Assembly: GCA_964016885.1 (NCBI GenBank)
Contig: OZ024741.1
Location: forward strand, 327,794,001-327,858,000
From: Eledone cirrhosa
Lineage: Eukaryota
Direction: 5' to 3'
DNA: 64,000 nucleotides
Shown one piece after another: positions 25,214 to 38,765 of the stretch. The stretch's first letter is position 1; each line of letters opens with the position of its first letter. The notes beneath the pieces are model-generated. The model ran no database searches, was not told where the DNA came from, and saw only the letters and a program-made list of their open reading frames with translations. Made by a program: the position numbers and the translations under genes.

Positions 25214-25441
25214 TGGGTAATATTGAATATTACCGAGTTACATGTATGGTAATAGCTCGATGTAGAATAATAAGTTTAATGCATAGCATTTTTAGTATAC
25301 ATATATAAGTTCTTTCTCTGTAAATTGTAAATTCATTATTCTTTTAAGGTTCTTTAGTTTGCAATCATTATCCCTGGAAATGTTCTAATTCGATCCTCAT
25401 ACATCTTTACATACTAAATACTAAATTTGTCCTTACTCTTT

Positions 25442-25633
25442 AATAACTGTTTCTACCTTTGGCACAAGGCCACCAATTATCCCAGTGTATTACTGGTACT
25501 TTATTTTATCGTCCCCGTCAGGATGAAAGGCAAAGTTAACATCGGCGGGATTTGAACTCAGTCCGTATAGGGACGTAACTGTGCTGCAAAGCATGGCGTC
25601 CGACCCTCTACCCATACTGCCAATCCACCGCCC
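25442..25633 (-). mobile_element. Full-length tRNA-derived SINE
   Basis: Minus strand ggcggtggattggcagtatgggtagagg (A box), ctgagttcaaatcccgcc (B box), gcctttcatcc..gataaaataaagtaccagt. Confidence 0.85.
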
Positions 25634-26445
25634 TTCAATAACAATGAAAAGGTGGTAAGGAATCAGGTAGACTATAACGCAGCAGAGTACATGATACTTA
25701 AGATAGTAGACTAGGTAATACGAAATTAGCCAGGACCACGACGGCTGAGCTCCATTTCGACATCTAGATCCGATTCCTTTTTGAATTACATTTTCAAATT
25801 CCATGGCTTGTACCCTTGATGGTGTGTGACTTTATCACTTCTACTGAACCATGTGGTTCTTTGCATGATGTATCCTGAGTGCCGCACTGATAATACTTTC
25901 ATCTATATTGGATTTCTTTCGATTTTTGTTTCTTACTTTGATGGCTTGATGGTTGTAATTATTTATTCCACACTATATTAGATCCTTTTGACGTTTCGGA
26001 AAAGCGATCGTTATTATGACTGAATTGTGTAGTCGAACAAATAATCTTACCCGCGTCTGTAATTTCTGGTTATGCTACACGTGCTTCGAACCTTTTTAAG
26101 ATTTTTTTTTTTAATATATTATTTTAAAATATATATTTAAAATTTATATTTGAAATGCATGCTTTTTCAATTATCAGCTTTCTTAACTATTTATGATATA
26201 TGTTTTTCACTGTACTTAATTTATCTGTAACAGCATGTTTTTTTTTTATTTTTGCATTACATTTATTTGTTCCTATTTTTCATATATTTTTTCAGCCACT
26301 GTTACCATATATGACATTTTCTGTGTACGCTTATCTAACCTCGCATATTATGTATCCTCCTAATGTTCTTGTGACAAAGTTTTGATCTTATATTTGTCTT
26401 TTATTATCAACTCCGACGAACTTTTAAGAAACCACTGGTAAATGA

Positions 26446-26483
<38 letters not shown>

Positions 26484-27502
26484 CATTACGACTTTGATAT
26501 GAATACGCCCTCCACCTTCGTGGTATTTTGTTCAGGGTTATAAGGAGCTTAGCTCTGTTTCTTGACCGCTGTATCACGTGATTGACACCCCCTCCGCCTT
26601 TTTGAGATTCTATCTCGCGCATCACATACGTGTTTAGAAACCCTTAATGAGGTATCCTCTTGATAAGTCGGCAGAACCTCACAAACACTCTATATCTCTA
26701 TGATGTAGTGTTTTTGCATAATATGCCACGAAACTACGTAGTCGGGGACTATAGAAGCAGTTTAGGTATGATATATCTTATTACTAATTATATCTAATGT
26801 TTCTTCTCTCTTCATAATGTATTAAATAACTTTGATACTGAATCAGTCTAATCTATTCGGATTGGTTTGTCCCAGTTATTCACAGAGCATATTTTCTATT
26901 AAATAGAAAATATGAGTGGAACAGCAACATCACAACTTACAATTAAGGACAAAATGAAAAAACACACACACACATAGAACAAACAACTTACAATTGAAAA
27001 CACACACAAAATGAAAACACACACAAGACAAAATAAAACACACACACACATAGAACAAACAACCAACCAACAATAAATAAATAAATAAACAAACAAATAT
27101 AAATAGAAAAATAGAAAAATGAACACAAACACACACAGACACCCGGATGTGGCGCATGCGCAAACTGAGCACGCAACCCACACACAAACAAAATGGCGTA
27201 GGATAGAAGAAAGGAAAGGCACAGAAACGAAGAAAGAAATCCCCAGTCACTGAAGAGGTCACAGAGTGTGTGACGAAAGAACTATGACTATATATATATA
27301 AACAACTATCTGGTTGTGGAACCAACCAACCAACCAGAAATTTATAAATTTGTAAATTTATAAATATATATTAAATTAAATTGAAGTGAAAGCAACTGGT
27401 GCGTGTGTTTCTTATTGGCAACATGACCCTCCCAAAGTATAACAATATCGGTTTCAACACACGATTTCAGATAAAGAATCTTGCTAAACAAATTCAGAAA
27501 CG

Positions 27503-27540
<38 letters not shown>

Positions 27541-27699
27541 GACTAATCGCAATGTAATAATCTCCACCTGAATTCCTATCCTCAAAACTTCCTTAATAAA
27601 TATCCTGCAATTCAAAAGATTAAATAACGATTATATTGGAACCAAGGGAGTTCGTGTGTGTTCTTAAAGTGAAGGATTACCAATATTTACATATTATCT

Positions 27700-27860
27700 A
27701 TAAACGTCATCTGGAGGTAGCGACTATACCCAATGCCTGAAGGCAAAGACGAAAGTTGATGAAAAAGTTGTTCATGACCTTCTGTATGCTGAAAACTGTA
27801 CATTTAGAGGATGGCCTTCAAGACATACAGATTCTGGAAAGAAGGATAGAACTAGCTCTG
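27700..27860 (+). mobile_element. RTE LINE fragment
   Basis: LKAKTKVDEKVVHDLLYAENC, corresponding to the RTE RT LLYADD region. Confidence 0.55.
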
Positions 27861-28059
27861 TAGGGCATTCCAATGACTTTCCAGTATACAACCGACTGTG
27901 TGCATCATGTTTTCGTCTGGAATCCAAACAAATTAACTGCTAGGTTGGACTTTATCAATCACAATAGTTGACCAACAACAACAATTATAAAAGTCAACTT
28001 GTATGTATACACACAATTTGTATAATTGATATGATTTCCAACAAAGTTAAAAATATATG

Positions 28060-28380
28060 TATGTGTTTTCCACTTCTGGGAGATGCGCTCCATCATCCAC
28101 TTTTCTAAAAAATAAATCATACACAAAACGCCAGCATCAATAGTTTTCGAAGAGATGCCAACATGAAGGGACCTGTTATTTTTATCTAAAGACATGTTTT
28201 ACAATTCCAACTCACTCGTGCCCTCAATCTACCTTATTTCTCATTTTTTTCTGCTGAAGGACTAGCGTCCGAAACATTAAGGGCCTCTCCCTGCTATTTC
28301 AAGCGTTAACCTAATATATTCCTTCCATATAACCTAAATATATTCCTTCCGATTGTGTTGTTATTTCTGTTTACCTTTTA
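28060..28380 (+). mobile_element. PLE 3' end with degenerate minimal hammerhead (family H2)
   Basis: CTGcTGA a ggac tagc gtcc GAAA catt at 28251-28278; homologous to 40100-40420. Confidence 0.55.
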
Positions 28381-28412
28381 CATACACACATACATATATA
28401 TATATATGTATA

Positions 28413-28489
<77 letters not shown>

Positions 28490-28535
28490 TGTATATATAT
28501 ATGTGTGTGTATATATATATATATATATATAATGT

Positions 28536-28948
28536 ATAATATAATTGAATAAACAAGAAAGATGAACACTAACCTAACATACGTGTGTTCGAATCGTAAG
28601 GACCAAATGTGCTATATTTGCGATATTTAATATCGCACACAATTCATTCTCTAATACTTTTAAAAGTGAAAGGATCACTAATTTCTCAACAACTACTGAG
28701 GAGCAGAGAAACGGGGGGAACTTCACTTAATATGATGTTGCGAAACAGTCTCCAATACTGTCTAGTTGTTACCAGGCGTTTTATCCAATATACGTCTGTT
28801 ATTTTTCTTAATTTAATATTTAAAGTTAAGGATAACAAACCATATTGCTGTAGTTAGTATTTTTTCACCCTAGCAAATTTGGTCCTTACGATTCGAACAC
28901 ATGTATATTTATATTAGTGGTCATCTCTCTTGTTTATTCAATTATATT
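28536..28948. repeat. Foldback/MITE-like element with inverted repeats of about 80 bp
   Basis: ataattgaataaacaaga..gtgttcgaatcgtaaggaccaaat versus atttggtccttacgattcgaacac..tcttgtttattcaattat. Confidence 0.7.
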
Positions 28949-29046
28949 GACGGCTTGGAAAATATTTTTTCTTACAGCTATTTAATTGTAAGAGACTACT
29001 GAGTTCTTAACTCAATATATATATAATGTATATATATATACATATA

Positions 29047-29096
<50 letters not shown>

Positions 29097-29112
29097 TATG
29101 TATATATATATC

Positions 29113-29153
<41 letters not shown>

Positions 29154-30889
29154 TGTGTGTGTCCACACACACATAATTCCACTGACAGGGATTTCTTCAA
29201 CACGACGTTAAACTAAAATAGACCACTTGCCCAAGTTTCCATATGTGGCGACTGAACCAAGAATTATATGAGACGTTTGTGTAAGTGTGTGTGAATGTGT
29301 GTTTGTGTGTGTGTCTGTGTGTGTGTGCGTCATTATGTATTTAGTCTTGTTTGACAATATTTCCCCAAGCTGCGATAAGCGCCATTTCCTCTCTTTCTAC
29401 GTGATTTAATTCACAAACGTTATCTTTTGAAATTACTTAGCAGTGATTGTCTCATTCTGTAAAGCAAATGTTATGGCTTTTGTTAAGAAAGTCCTTTGTT
29501 TTTTTTATTCTATACTATTGATACATCTTCTAGTAACCTTGTCAATGCATCAATGCAAAATGACTATCTCCCTCTCACACATTCCCCTCTCCCCCCCTCT
29601 CTGTCTCTCGTAGATGAGGCATTCAACAAGCGAAAGTATTTGTTGTCCAAAGAGCTATTAATTTATATAGCTCTTCGTGACATTATATTCATTGAATCTA
29701 ACAATTGTATGTCCGCTTCATTTTGCTGATATTTTGTCACGAATTACTTGTTATGCTTTTTGCTTTTTTAAACGATGTTGTGATATGGATTTTGTTGATG
29801 ATTAGACTATAAACATCATACACTGACTGATGTATATCACACAATGCTATATTACATAGATTTCTATTGCCCCTGGAGTGTTCTTAAATATAATATGCAT
29901 GTTAATAATAACAGCGAGTTCAAACTACCTTTGTTACAAACATTAGTTGCTTGCATATATTCGCTTTTTGTATTCATATGTACTCTAGCATACAAAAGCT
30001 GAATTAATTGACATTTTTATGAGTGTCTTTTATGTTGTTATTCTTGATTTGATCATTGCTGTCGTTAGTGTTATTGTTGTCATTGTTATTTATCTTAGTT
30101 ACTGCTGTACTTACTTATGTCACTATCGTTGTTGCTTATTATTGCTGTTATTCTTTTTTCTTTAAATTTCCTGATTAGTAAAGCGTTCGTAGATTTTCAT
30201 ATGTCACAAAGTAACAATTCAAATGTCCACATTCAACTGTTACTCAAAGGGACCAGAACCAATGAGAGAAACTACGGTTATGCTGTCGTGTTTATGTTGC
30301 ATTAAATGCCTTTGTTTGATCCCATCATAGTCCTTTGATGTTCGTTGCGAGATGTAATGCTATACAATTTTATTATAGAAACAACACCGGCCTAGAACTA
30401 ATGCATTTATAAAAGCCTGTGCTAATTTGAACGTAATCGGGTGTTGGCTGAGAAAACAATTTGTAACGATACATTAACAGGATCGATCTCTTACACATAT
30501 ATTCATTCTTGTCTCTGTTGCATAGCATGGTATTTTATAAGGCAGCAAGATCATGCGATCTATTGTAGCTAATGCGATTCTCATTGTATTCAATACAAAA
30601 AAGGTACGCATTTATGTTTGATATCTTACGTGTTAGCTAGATATATTTCCAATAAAATGTAAATTGGGAATTGGTAAGTCCGTTAGAACATACGAAATAT
30701 TGCTTTGCAGTATTTGCTCCGACTCTCTGTCTTCTCTGTGCGGACGATTTTGCCATCCATACTTTCGGTCTGTACAAAATACAATTAAGTGTGATGCACT
30801 AGTGGAAGAGTTGGAAAGTTCCTCTCGATGTGGCTAACGTGGTTGGCTGACATTATCCGTTTGTGTATGTCTGTATGTATGCATGCATG

Positions 30890-33105
30890 CTTCACTTTCT
30901 CTTAATTTCGTGTACATTTTTGACCGGCCACCTTCCTGGTGGCAAGGTTCTGAAAGAAAGGAAATTGGTATCCCTTGAATCGCAAGAATGTTTTAGAAAT
31001 TTTGAAGGTGCCAGCTATCGTGGCCATTTGTAGACTATGAATTCGGGAGCTGCGATCTTTGTCCACAAACCCAGGTTCAGTTATACTTTGGTCCAAGCGC
31101 GTTGGTTTATAATCTGTAGCTCCAATAATGATGGGTATGAAGCTAAAGGTGTATCTTGGATACTGGATCTGCAAACTCCTCATCAATGGTCCGTGGATGT
31201 CCTTCTTCTCTTGTATTGTTCTTACAACGTTGACATCAAGTGGGCAGCTGATCAACAGAGCGTTTTTTCAATGTGTGGTCCCAAACAATATCAGGCCAGT
31301 TGTGCTTTAATTTGGTGGCAGGTATTATTTTCAGGTTCCTCCAGCATTCTTTAGTGCCATTTATCTGAATATATTCCTCCTCATTTATTTTTAATTTTGT
31401 ATTCCTAAGTGCGTTCCAGCTATCACATCGTGTCCCATAGGGTGGAAGTACGAGACAACATTCTTTCAGTTGGCCACAATATGACTAACATCTTCGAATT
31501 TTGTTTTACGCTGCTACATCGTAGTAGGATGTCATAAACTTGACGGAACATCATGCCAGGCTTTGAATTGGATCTTCCAATGTCCATGGGAGAGAGAATT
31601 ATGTCAGGCCTTATTCCATGTCTTGCCTCCAGATCAGTGGCTATCCTAACGATATTATTCACTTCATGTGGCAAGATGGTTGCTGACTTTTTTCTTATGT
31701 TGAAGATGTTGCTTCAGTGCTACTATCCGGGTCTTGTATGATGTTAATATGGCTTTTAGAATCCGGCCACCTTCCTTGCGTGGGAAGTATAGCCTGTTCA
31801 CATCATCATTTATGTTAAGGTTTCCAGCACACTGAGAAACTTGCGAGTTCTTACATCCACTTCACTTAGGTCTTGCAATGACCAGATCTGCAGGCCAAAC
31901 CCTGGTGTTATGATTGACACAGCACATGTATTGTGGACAATGTATTTGTTGTATGCTAATAGTTCTGATGAACATAGTTTCTTTACTCTCCTGGGGTATT
32001 CAGTTCTGGTTCTCTCCTTATTTATGGGTCCATCATATCTGACATTCTCATCGTGTTAAAGATATCTGTAGTCACCTGACTGTAGAGGTTGTATTGTCAA
32101 GCCGTTCATCTCTAGATTTCCAGAGAGGGTACAGCACTTACACGCTTTACTGTCAAATATGTACATTTGGACTCACTAATTTCATTCTGATGTCTGAAGA
32201 GAATTGCGTAATGAGATCCAATTGTTTTTTGATATAGTTGGTATTTGGCCCATACAACTTCAGGTTATCAACAAAGAAAAGATGTGAGATACTTCTGGAC
32301 CCACCTCTATGACTACTTTGTTTTGTGAGCAAGTATGATAGTGGGTTTAGTGAGAGGGCGAGGAGCAGCACTGATAAGCTATCTTTCTGAAAGATGCTTT
32401 CTGGTGGTGTATTGTATCAATCTTAATTTGCTCCGTCTCACCCCTAAGAATCAAATTGGTGTACTAGTTCTGGGTCAGGCGTCCAACAGAAGCTATTAGA
32501 GGTTGTAGGACATTGGCTAACTGTAAAGCCTTAATAATTCAACTATGAGGTACACTATCAAAAGCCTTCTGATATTCCGCCACCCCACAGTCATGTCACT
32601 GCGATTTTTGCCGCTTTTTCCTCTATCATTCTATTTCTTAGTAGGTGATCTGTGCAAAACTATACCTCCTTCTTTCCACCAGCTTGTTTAGGTTTAATTA
32701 CCTCCTTCTTTGCACCAGCTTGTGCAGGTGTCATTACGTGTTTAGTGGTACAATGATCCCGTACGAACAGATTAAGTCACCCAGTGTATAATTTATACAT
32801 GACGTCTGGCAGCCTATTGGGCGGTAATGTTTAGCACGGGTGGTTTGGCTACGTTTTGGAATAAGGAGAGTAGTGGCAGTTGATAATCATTGGAGTAGTT
32901 CTTGTGTGCCTTTGATGGTTTCTCTAAACAGCCGTACGAGATCTTGCCGATAGAAGATGAAATTCTTCAGCCAATATCCTGTTATGAGGTCTGGACCTGG
33001 TGATTTCCTATTAGACATTTTCTGTAGAGCGCTTTACCAGTATTGATCCATGTATGTCATATTGTTTTTTCTGGGCATACTGGCAGTATTCCTGTTTCAG
33101 TTCCT
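30890..33105 (-). mobile_element. R4/Dong-like non-LTR retrotransposon (RT plus restriction-like endonuclease), 5'-truncated and decayed (A)
   Basis: NRKSPGPDLITGYWLK, HLFFVDNLKLYG, ISCPLDVNV..K..GPLMRSLQIQYPRY..PIIIGA; (TATG)n at both ends. Confidence 0.8.
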
Positions 33106-33147
33106 TGTATGTATGTATGTATGTATGTATGTATGTATGTATGTATG

Positions 33148-33578
33148 TCAATGGCCATCCAAAATCACCGGGAGAGATGACCCCTTAGCCTTTGTCAAGG
33201 CAGAATTCTAGGAGAAGGAAAACTCTGATATAACATCTGCAATCCTGATGGTATCCAATGATGTTGACTTGTTCTTCTTTTTGGTAAATATCATCTTGGT
33301 TAAGAGAGTGGGACTGGCTTTGTGCAGTGCCTTTGCTCACTATAAAAGCTTCACCGCACAGGCATTGCTTTATATCTGGAGATCTCTCTGCACTTGTCGT
33401 CACATGGTACCATGGGCCCAGCAATATGTGTCAATAATTGTCACAAGTGCAGTGTTTGTACCAGAGTTTTCAAGTCGATGGCGGGACTAAAAATTCACAC
33501 TCGTTCAGCGCATCAGTAGGGGTTCTCCTACATGGATATGAAGTAGTGGCCGTACTCGAAAACGAGTTGGCAGCCACC
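33148..33578 (+). mobile_element. 5'-truncated copy of the 23018-23626 non-autonomous element
   Basis: High identity to 23197-23626; (TATG)n on both sides. Confidence 0.8.
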
Positions 33579-33649
33579 ATGTATGTATGTATGTATGTAT
33601 GTATGTATGTATGTATGTATGTATGTATGTATGTATGTATGTATGTATG

Positions 33650-35678
33650 TTCTTCTGGTTTTATAATTTCACAATTTTTTGCCAATAGAGAGAACCTCGC
33701 TTTCTAACATAGTTACAAGACTCTCTCATTGGAATTTACACAACATCAACTAGGTAGATATGTATGCATGTCTGCATGCATGCATGTGTAGGTATTGATG
33801 TTATTGTATGTGTGGATGTGGATGTTTTGAGTTGTATGTGTGCATGTGTATGTGCTTTGTATATGTACATGTGTATATGCAGTTATTAGATGCAAAACCT
33901 TTGGAATGTTTTACATATTTTTACTGGATTGTACTTGTAATTTCCTAACTAATGGTGTACTTTATGTTCTTGTGAAGCATAGCTTCTCAAGATTTGTATT
34001 GAGTTAGTTAGTAACATATGCCAGTGTCCCAATAGTCACAGGCATACATTTGAAGGTATAATCAGGGTGAAGTATCTGCAGATTTCTCATCAGTTCCGCA
34101 TAAATATTCTCCTTTTCTCTAATCTTTGATATTATATTGGCATCTGCTGTGCAGCTAATTTCCACTACTGTGCATGCCTTCTTTTCCCTGTCCCATATCA
34201 TTATGGCTGATCTGTTATGCCTGCATTTTATTGGGGTTTTTACTGGAATATTCCACCAGTACTCTTTCATATTATGTACATGGATGTCTTCCACATTCCT
34301 GTAGCTTTTAATGTGGTTATTATCGGGGCTATCTTTACTCCGGATTGCATTGTACAGGGATTTGGACACTACATCATGCCTCATAGGTAGATAGTACCGT
34401 GATGACATCTTTGGACAGCTGCTTCTGAGTGGTTGACGATGTTAATTCTGCAGAGTATGCACTTGTTATCACATCTAGGTCTTTTGACTGCATCCCTACC
34501 TCTTTTTGTGAATCAGGTATTTCGTGTTGATTTCCTATTCTTGGATTGCAAAAACGTATCCTTCAAAGTGGGAGCCAATATAGCGGTTGTGGGTCCAAGA
34601 TAGACTACTTTATTTATTTATATTACCCTCACTCTGGAGCTTCCTGGCAACATATCCATGCATGAATTATTGCTGATAAGCATGCAGTATTTCATCCATG
34701 GATTCACTGTGATACTGCTGAGCGATTTCTCTGGGTGTGAGTTTTTGATTATCACACAGGGAATATCTCTCGGGGAGTTCTTTCCCAATTCTCATGATCT
34801 TATGTGTTTCATGCATATAGACTTGCTCGAGGGACGGGCTCCTACGCTTCAAAGTTCGTAGATGTTGTCGGAGGGATATGATGTGACATTCAAATGTTGT
34901 CTGGTCTGATGTTAGGCCTCTGCCTCCCCGCTTACGTTTCAAGTAAAGGCGGTTTATGTCACTGTTGATGTGGAAGTTTCCGGTGTTGTTTAGTTCTTTT
35001 CGAGTTCTAACATCAACTGCTTGGATTTCGTCTATCGTCCAATTTAGTATTCTAAACGTTGGTTTCAGGACAGGCACATTGAGTCACTGTTTTGTTTTGC
35101 GCAGAGAGTTCCGATGACCATATCTTTCTTAATCGGGTGTAGTATTCCCTGGTTACGCGTTCCTTATTACAGATACCATAATAGGATATGTTCTCATCTA
35201 TACCCAGGTATCTGTAGCAGGTCTCATCAGATATCGGTGAAACAGTTAGGCCATTGATGACAATGTTGCTAGATTGGGTTGTGTTTTTCCCCGCTTTACA
35301 GTCATATATGAACATTTATCTTGGCCAAACTCCATTCCCATAACCTTTGAAATTGTTGTAACCAGGTCAAGATTTTTCTTCATCCCATCCATGTTCTTGG
35401 CATAGAGTTTCAGATCATCGACAAAGAAATGATGGTCAGGTTCGTATTTCTGTGCTCCTCTGAGCCAATGTTGTATCCTTCACATTTCTTGAGGAGAAAG
35501 GACTAGGGGTTTAATAACAGGCTAAATAATATCACATAGAGACTGTCTCTCTGAAATATACAGTTGCAATATTTTATTTTATCAGTGAAAATAGAGTCCT
35601 CTTTCTCTGTGTAAATTTAGGATAGTAGCCCAAGAAAAAGACAGCTTCTATATGGCTCTGATAATAATGTCTGGGACT
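33650..35678 (-). mobile_element. R4/Dong-like RLE element, 5'-truncated (B)
   Basis: HFFVDDLKLYAK, YRYLGIDEN, RLYLKRKRGGRGL, YYLPMRHDVV, YWWN, NRSAIMIWD..VVEISC..KENIYAEL. Confidence 0.85.
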
Positions 35679-35759
35679 ATGTATGTGTGTATGTATATAT
35701 ATGTATATGTATGTAGGTGTGTATGTATGTATATATTATGTATGTATGCATGTATGTAA

Positions 35760-36240
35760 GTTCTGGTTTTATAATTTTATAATTTTTTACCAATAAAGAG
35801 AGAGTCTGTTTCTAGCATAAACACAAGACTTTCTTATTGGAATTTAAATAGCCCAACTAGGTAGATATATCTGCATGTCTGCATGCATGTATGGGTGTGC
35901 AGGTATGGATGCTATTGTATGTGGATGTGGATGCATTGTGTTATGTGTGCATGTGTATATGTCTTGTAACTGTACGTGTGCACATGCAGTTATTAGATAC
36001 AGAATTACTGGAATGTTTTACATATTTTTACTGTTCCATGAAAAGGGTTGTACTTTTAATTTCCTAATTAGTCATGTTATTTCTGGTTCTGTGAGGCCCA
36101 GCTTCTCAAGATTCGTACTAAGACAGTTACTAACGCATCCCAGTGCCCCAATAATAAAAGGTTTAAATCTGAAGCTATAGTCAGGGTGGAGTATCTGCAG
36201 ATTTCTCATTAGTTCTGCATAGATATTCTCCTTACCGCTA
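35760..36240 (-). mobile_element. R4/Dong-like RLE element 3' end (C)
   Basis: KENIYAELMRNLQILHPDY and 3'UTR homologous to 33650-34120. Confidence 0.8.
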
Positions 36241-36710
36241 TTTATATATTTATTTATATATGTATGTATCTATGTATTACTATAATATCCAGTTTGACTT
36301 TTTTAAGGCCCTTTGGTGTGATTTAAGACAGATTTATGGCTAGCAAATTGGCAGCCATTAGATTGTTAAATAAAATGACTCATATTTTGTTCCGACTTTC
36401 GACGTTGTTTTGAAATACGCAATATGTCCACCTTGCTTTCATCCTTTCATAGTCGATAAATATAGAACTAAGCTAAGGCGAGTATGCCTTGCGGTTCTCT
36501 GCATTCTTATTTCAAATCCCGACACCATCTGTCGGGAATTACAAACGAAATAACTAATAGAAATATAGTTTCATTTTTCCGATCTGAGGGTTGGCTCCTT
36601 TCATTGTGATTGCGATATCTGTTGTGTTTCTTTTTCCATTCCCAGGGCTTATATGTCCAATTTTTTAGATTAATTCTCGCATGGAGCCTCTACCATTTTT
36701 AACAAATATC

Positions 36711-36759
36711 AAATTTAGCTGGACTTTTCCAAAATACAAGTTTGTGTGCATACATACAT

Positions 36760-36846
<87 letters not shown>

Positions 36847-36884
36847 CACACAAACTTGTAATTTGGAAAAGTCCAGCTAAATTT
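36711..36884. repeat. Inverted duplication centred on (TA)n
   Basis: aaatttagctggacttttccaaaatacaagtttgtgtgcatacata-(TA)n-tatgtatgcacacaaacttgtaatttggaaaagtccagctaaattt. Confidence 0.85.
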
Positions 36885-36943
36885 TGAGTATTGAGTACTT
36901 TGGTGCGTTATGGTCCAACTGGTTCCTTACCACATTTCCTTTG

Positions 36944-36986
<43 letters not shown>

Positions 36987-37596
36987 GGGGGGGGGGGGGT
37001 ATGTGTATGTGGGTGTATATATATATGTATATATATATATATATATATATACACCCACATACACATACACCCCTCCGACATATATATATATATATATATA
37101 GTTGATAATTGAACAAAGAAAACACAGGAGGCAAAGGTTACACAGTTATATTAGGTTCACGCTAGATGGAACTGATAGTTACAAAATGATTATAAGCCAA
37201 AATTAAAAGTTCAAGGCATGTAATCACTGACAATTGTTTCTTTTTATAGGAATATACCACCGACAGCAAATTATGTTATGTAACATAGGCTCATTACGCT
37301 ATGTAATTTAGACAACTATCGTGAGCTGTTTCTTCTAGTGGTGGTAGAGAGAAACAATCGCCAATAATATTGGTTCTGGCTATTACCCTTTGTCAAGATT
37401 GTGTATCTCTCTTCTCTGTCACACGCTAGGACTTTTGAGAATATATAGTATTCTCTACAGCAGATGTTCTCAAAGTGGTCTCTAACCCCCCCCCCCCCCC
37501 CCAGTGGGCGTTGAGAAGGTCAAGGGGGCGTTGGAGCCTAAGAAGGCGGTGGGTGGTAGAAATGATATGATAATATATTAAATATCAAATGATACA

Positions 37597-38547
37597 TCTA
37601 TATATATAAAACTGTGGTTGTCTCTCTGTCTATCGATTTTTGGCACACATCTCCTCTTAGAATCTCTCACGGAATTACACCGAAATTGCTATACTTGTAC
37701 ATTGAGCCCTAGCGAAGACATCGGCAAAAAAAAATTTCAAATTCACCCACCCTATGTGACGAAATCGAATATAATGTATCGATTTTTGAGCGTAAGTTAT
37801 CAGTTATTTCCTTTTGTTCTGTTTACATTGAGCGTCTTACGTAAACAATTACGCTGGCTTTAACAGTTGTCGAGCCAGCAAAATATTGACCTGCAAAATT
37901 CATCAGTTCGAACACTAAGCTTCCGTTTTGCTTCATTTCCATTTAAAAGCATTTTAAAACAATATTTTTACTTGAAAACAAGTCTATTTAAAGACTACGT
38001 AAAACAAGTAAATATTTCGTCGTTAGGCGTGCAGACAGACAGTCGTGCAGACAGACAGTCGTGCAGAGAGGTGATATACGCGTGCAGACAGACAGTCGTG
38101 CAGAGAGGTGATATAGGCGTGCAGACAGACAGTCGTGCAGAGAGGTGATATAGGCGTGCAGACAGACAGTCGTGCAGAGAGGTGATATAGGCGTGCAGAC
38201 AGACAGTCGTGCAGAGAGGTGATATAGGCGTGCAGACAGACATAACTGATAATTTGGTTACGCTAATGTTTTTCTCTGCGTTGCAGTGTTTACATTTTCG
38301 ATCTTTGTTAATAAATAACCAGTGCAGTTTTTATCCCCAGCATCCTCTTTTGTTATAACATTCGGGTTATCGTTATGTTTTCTTAACTTCATAAGGCATA
38401 TTGTTGGTTGAGGGAATATTAATCAAAAACACCACATGCAAGTCTGCACAGTAGACACTACAGTTTTTAAGCCAAAAAAGAAACTTAACATTGTAACTTT
38501 AACACAGCTACTGAGCGACCCCGAGCAACGCCGGGATTTACTGCTAG
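37597..38547 (+). mobile_element. Non-autonomous Helitron nested in the hAT MITE
   Basis: A|TC start, subterminal hairpin ccccg-agcaacg-ccggg, CTAG|T end, internal minisatellite. Confidence 0.8.
38026..38241 (+). repeat. Minisatellite, unit about 38 bp (ggcgtgcagacagacagtcgtgcagagaggtgatata), about 5.5 copies
   Basis: Direct tandem repeats inside the Helitron. Confidence 0.9.
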
Positions 38548-38625
38548 TATTATATACAAATATAGTAAAATAAAATATATATAAAATTTATTTATACATG
38601 GTATATAATACATTATTTTGACGTA

Positions 38626-38765
38626 TGGAGTTACGGCCTTTGCCATTCTGAGTTCAAATCCCGCCGATGTTAACTTTGCCGTTCATCCTTACGGGGTCGA
38701 TAAAATAAAGTACCAGTAATGCACTGGGTATTTGCTGGCCTTGTGCCTAACGTAGAAACAATTAT
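38626..38765 (+). mobile_element. tRNA-derived SINE, 5'-truncated
   Basis: ctgagttcaaatcccgcc..catccttacggggtcgataaaataaagtaccagt..ggccttgtgcc. Confidence 0.85.

Noticed and set aside
25550-25633. tRNA genes suggested by A/B boxes (also 39181, 48920, 49083)
   Set aside because: No cloverleaf; each continues into the same SINE body and tail
30640-30680. Possible small host exon (AG...G|GTAAGT) in a repeat-poor stretch
   Set aside because: Weak polypyrimidine tract, no recognisable peptide, and no other supporting exons
38026-38241. Regular repeats of about 38 bp resembling a CRISPR array
   Set aside because: No unique spacers and no cas genes; eukaryotic context; it is a minisatellite inside a Helitron
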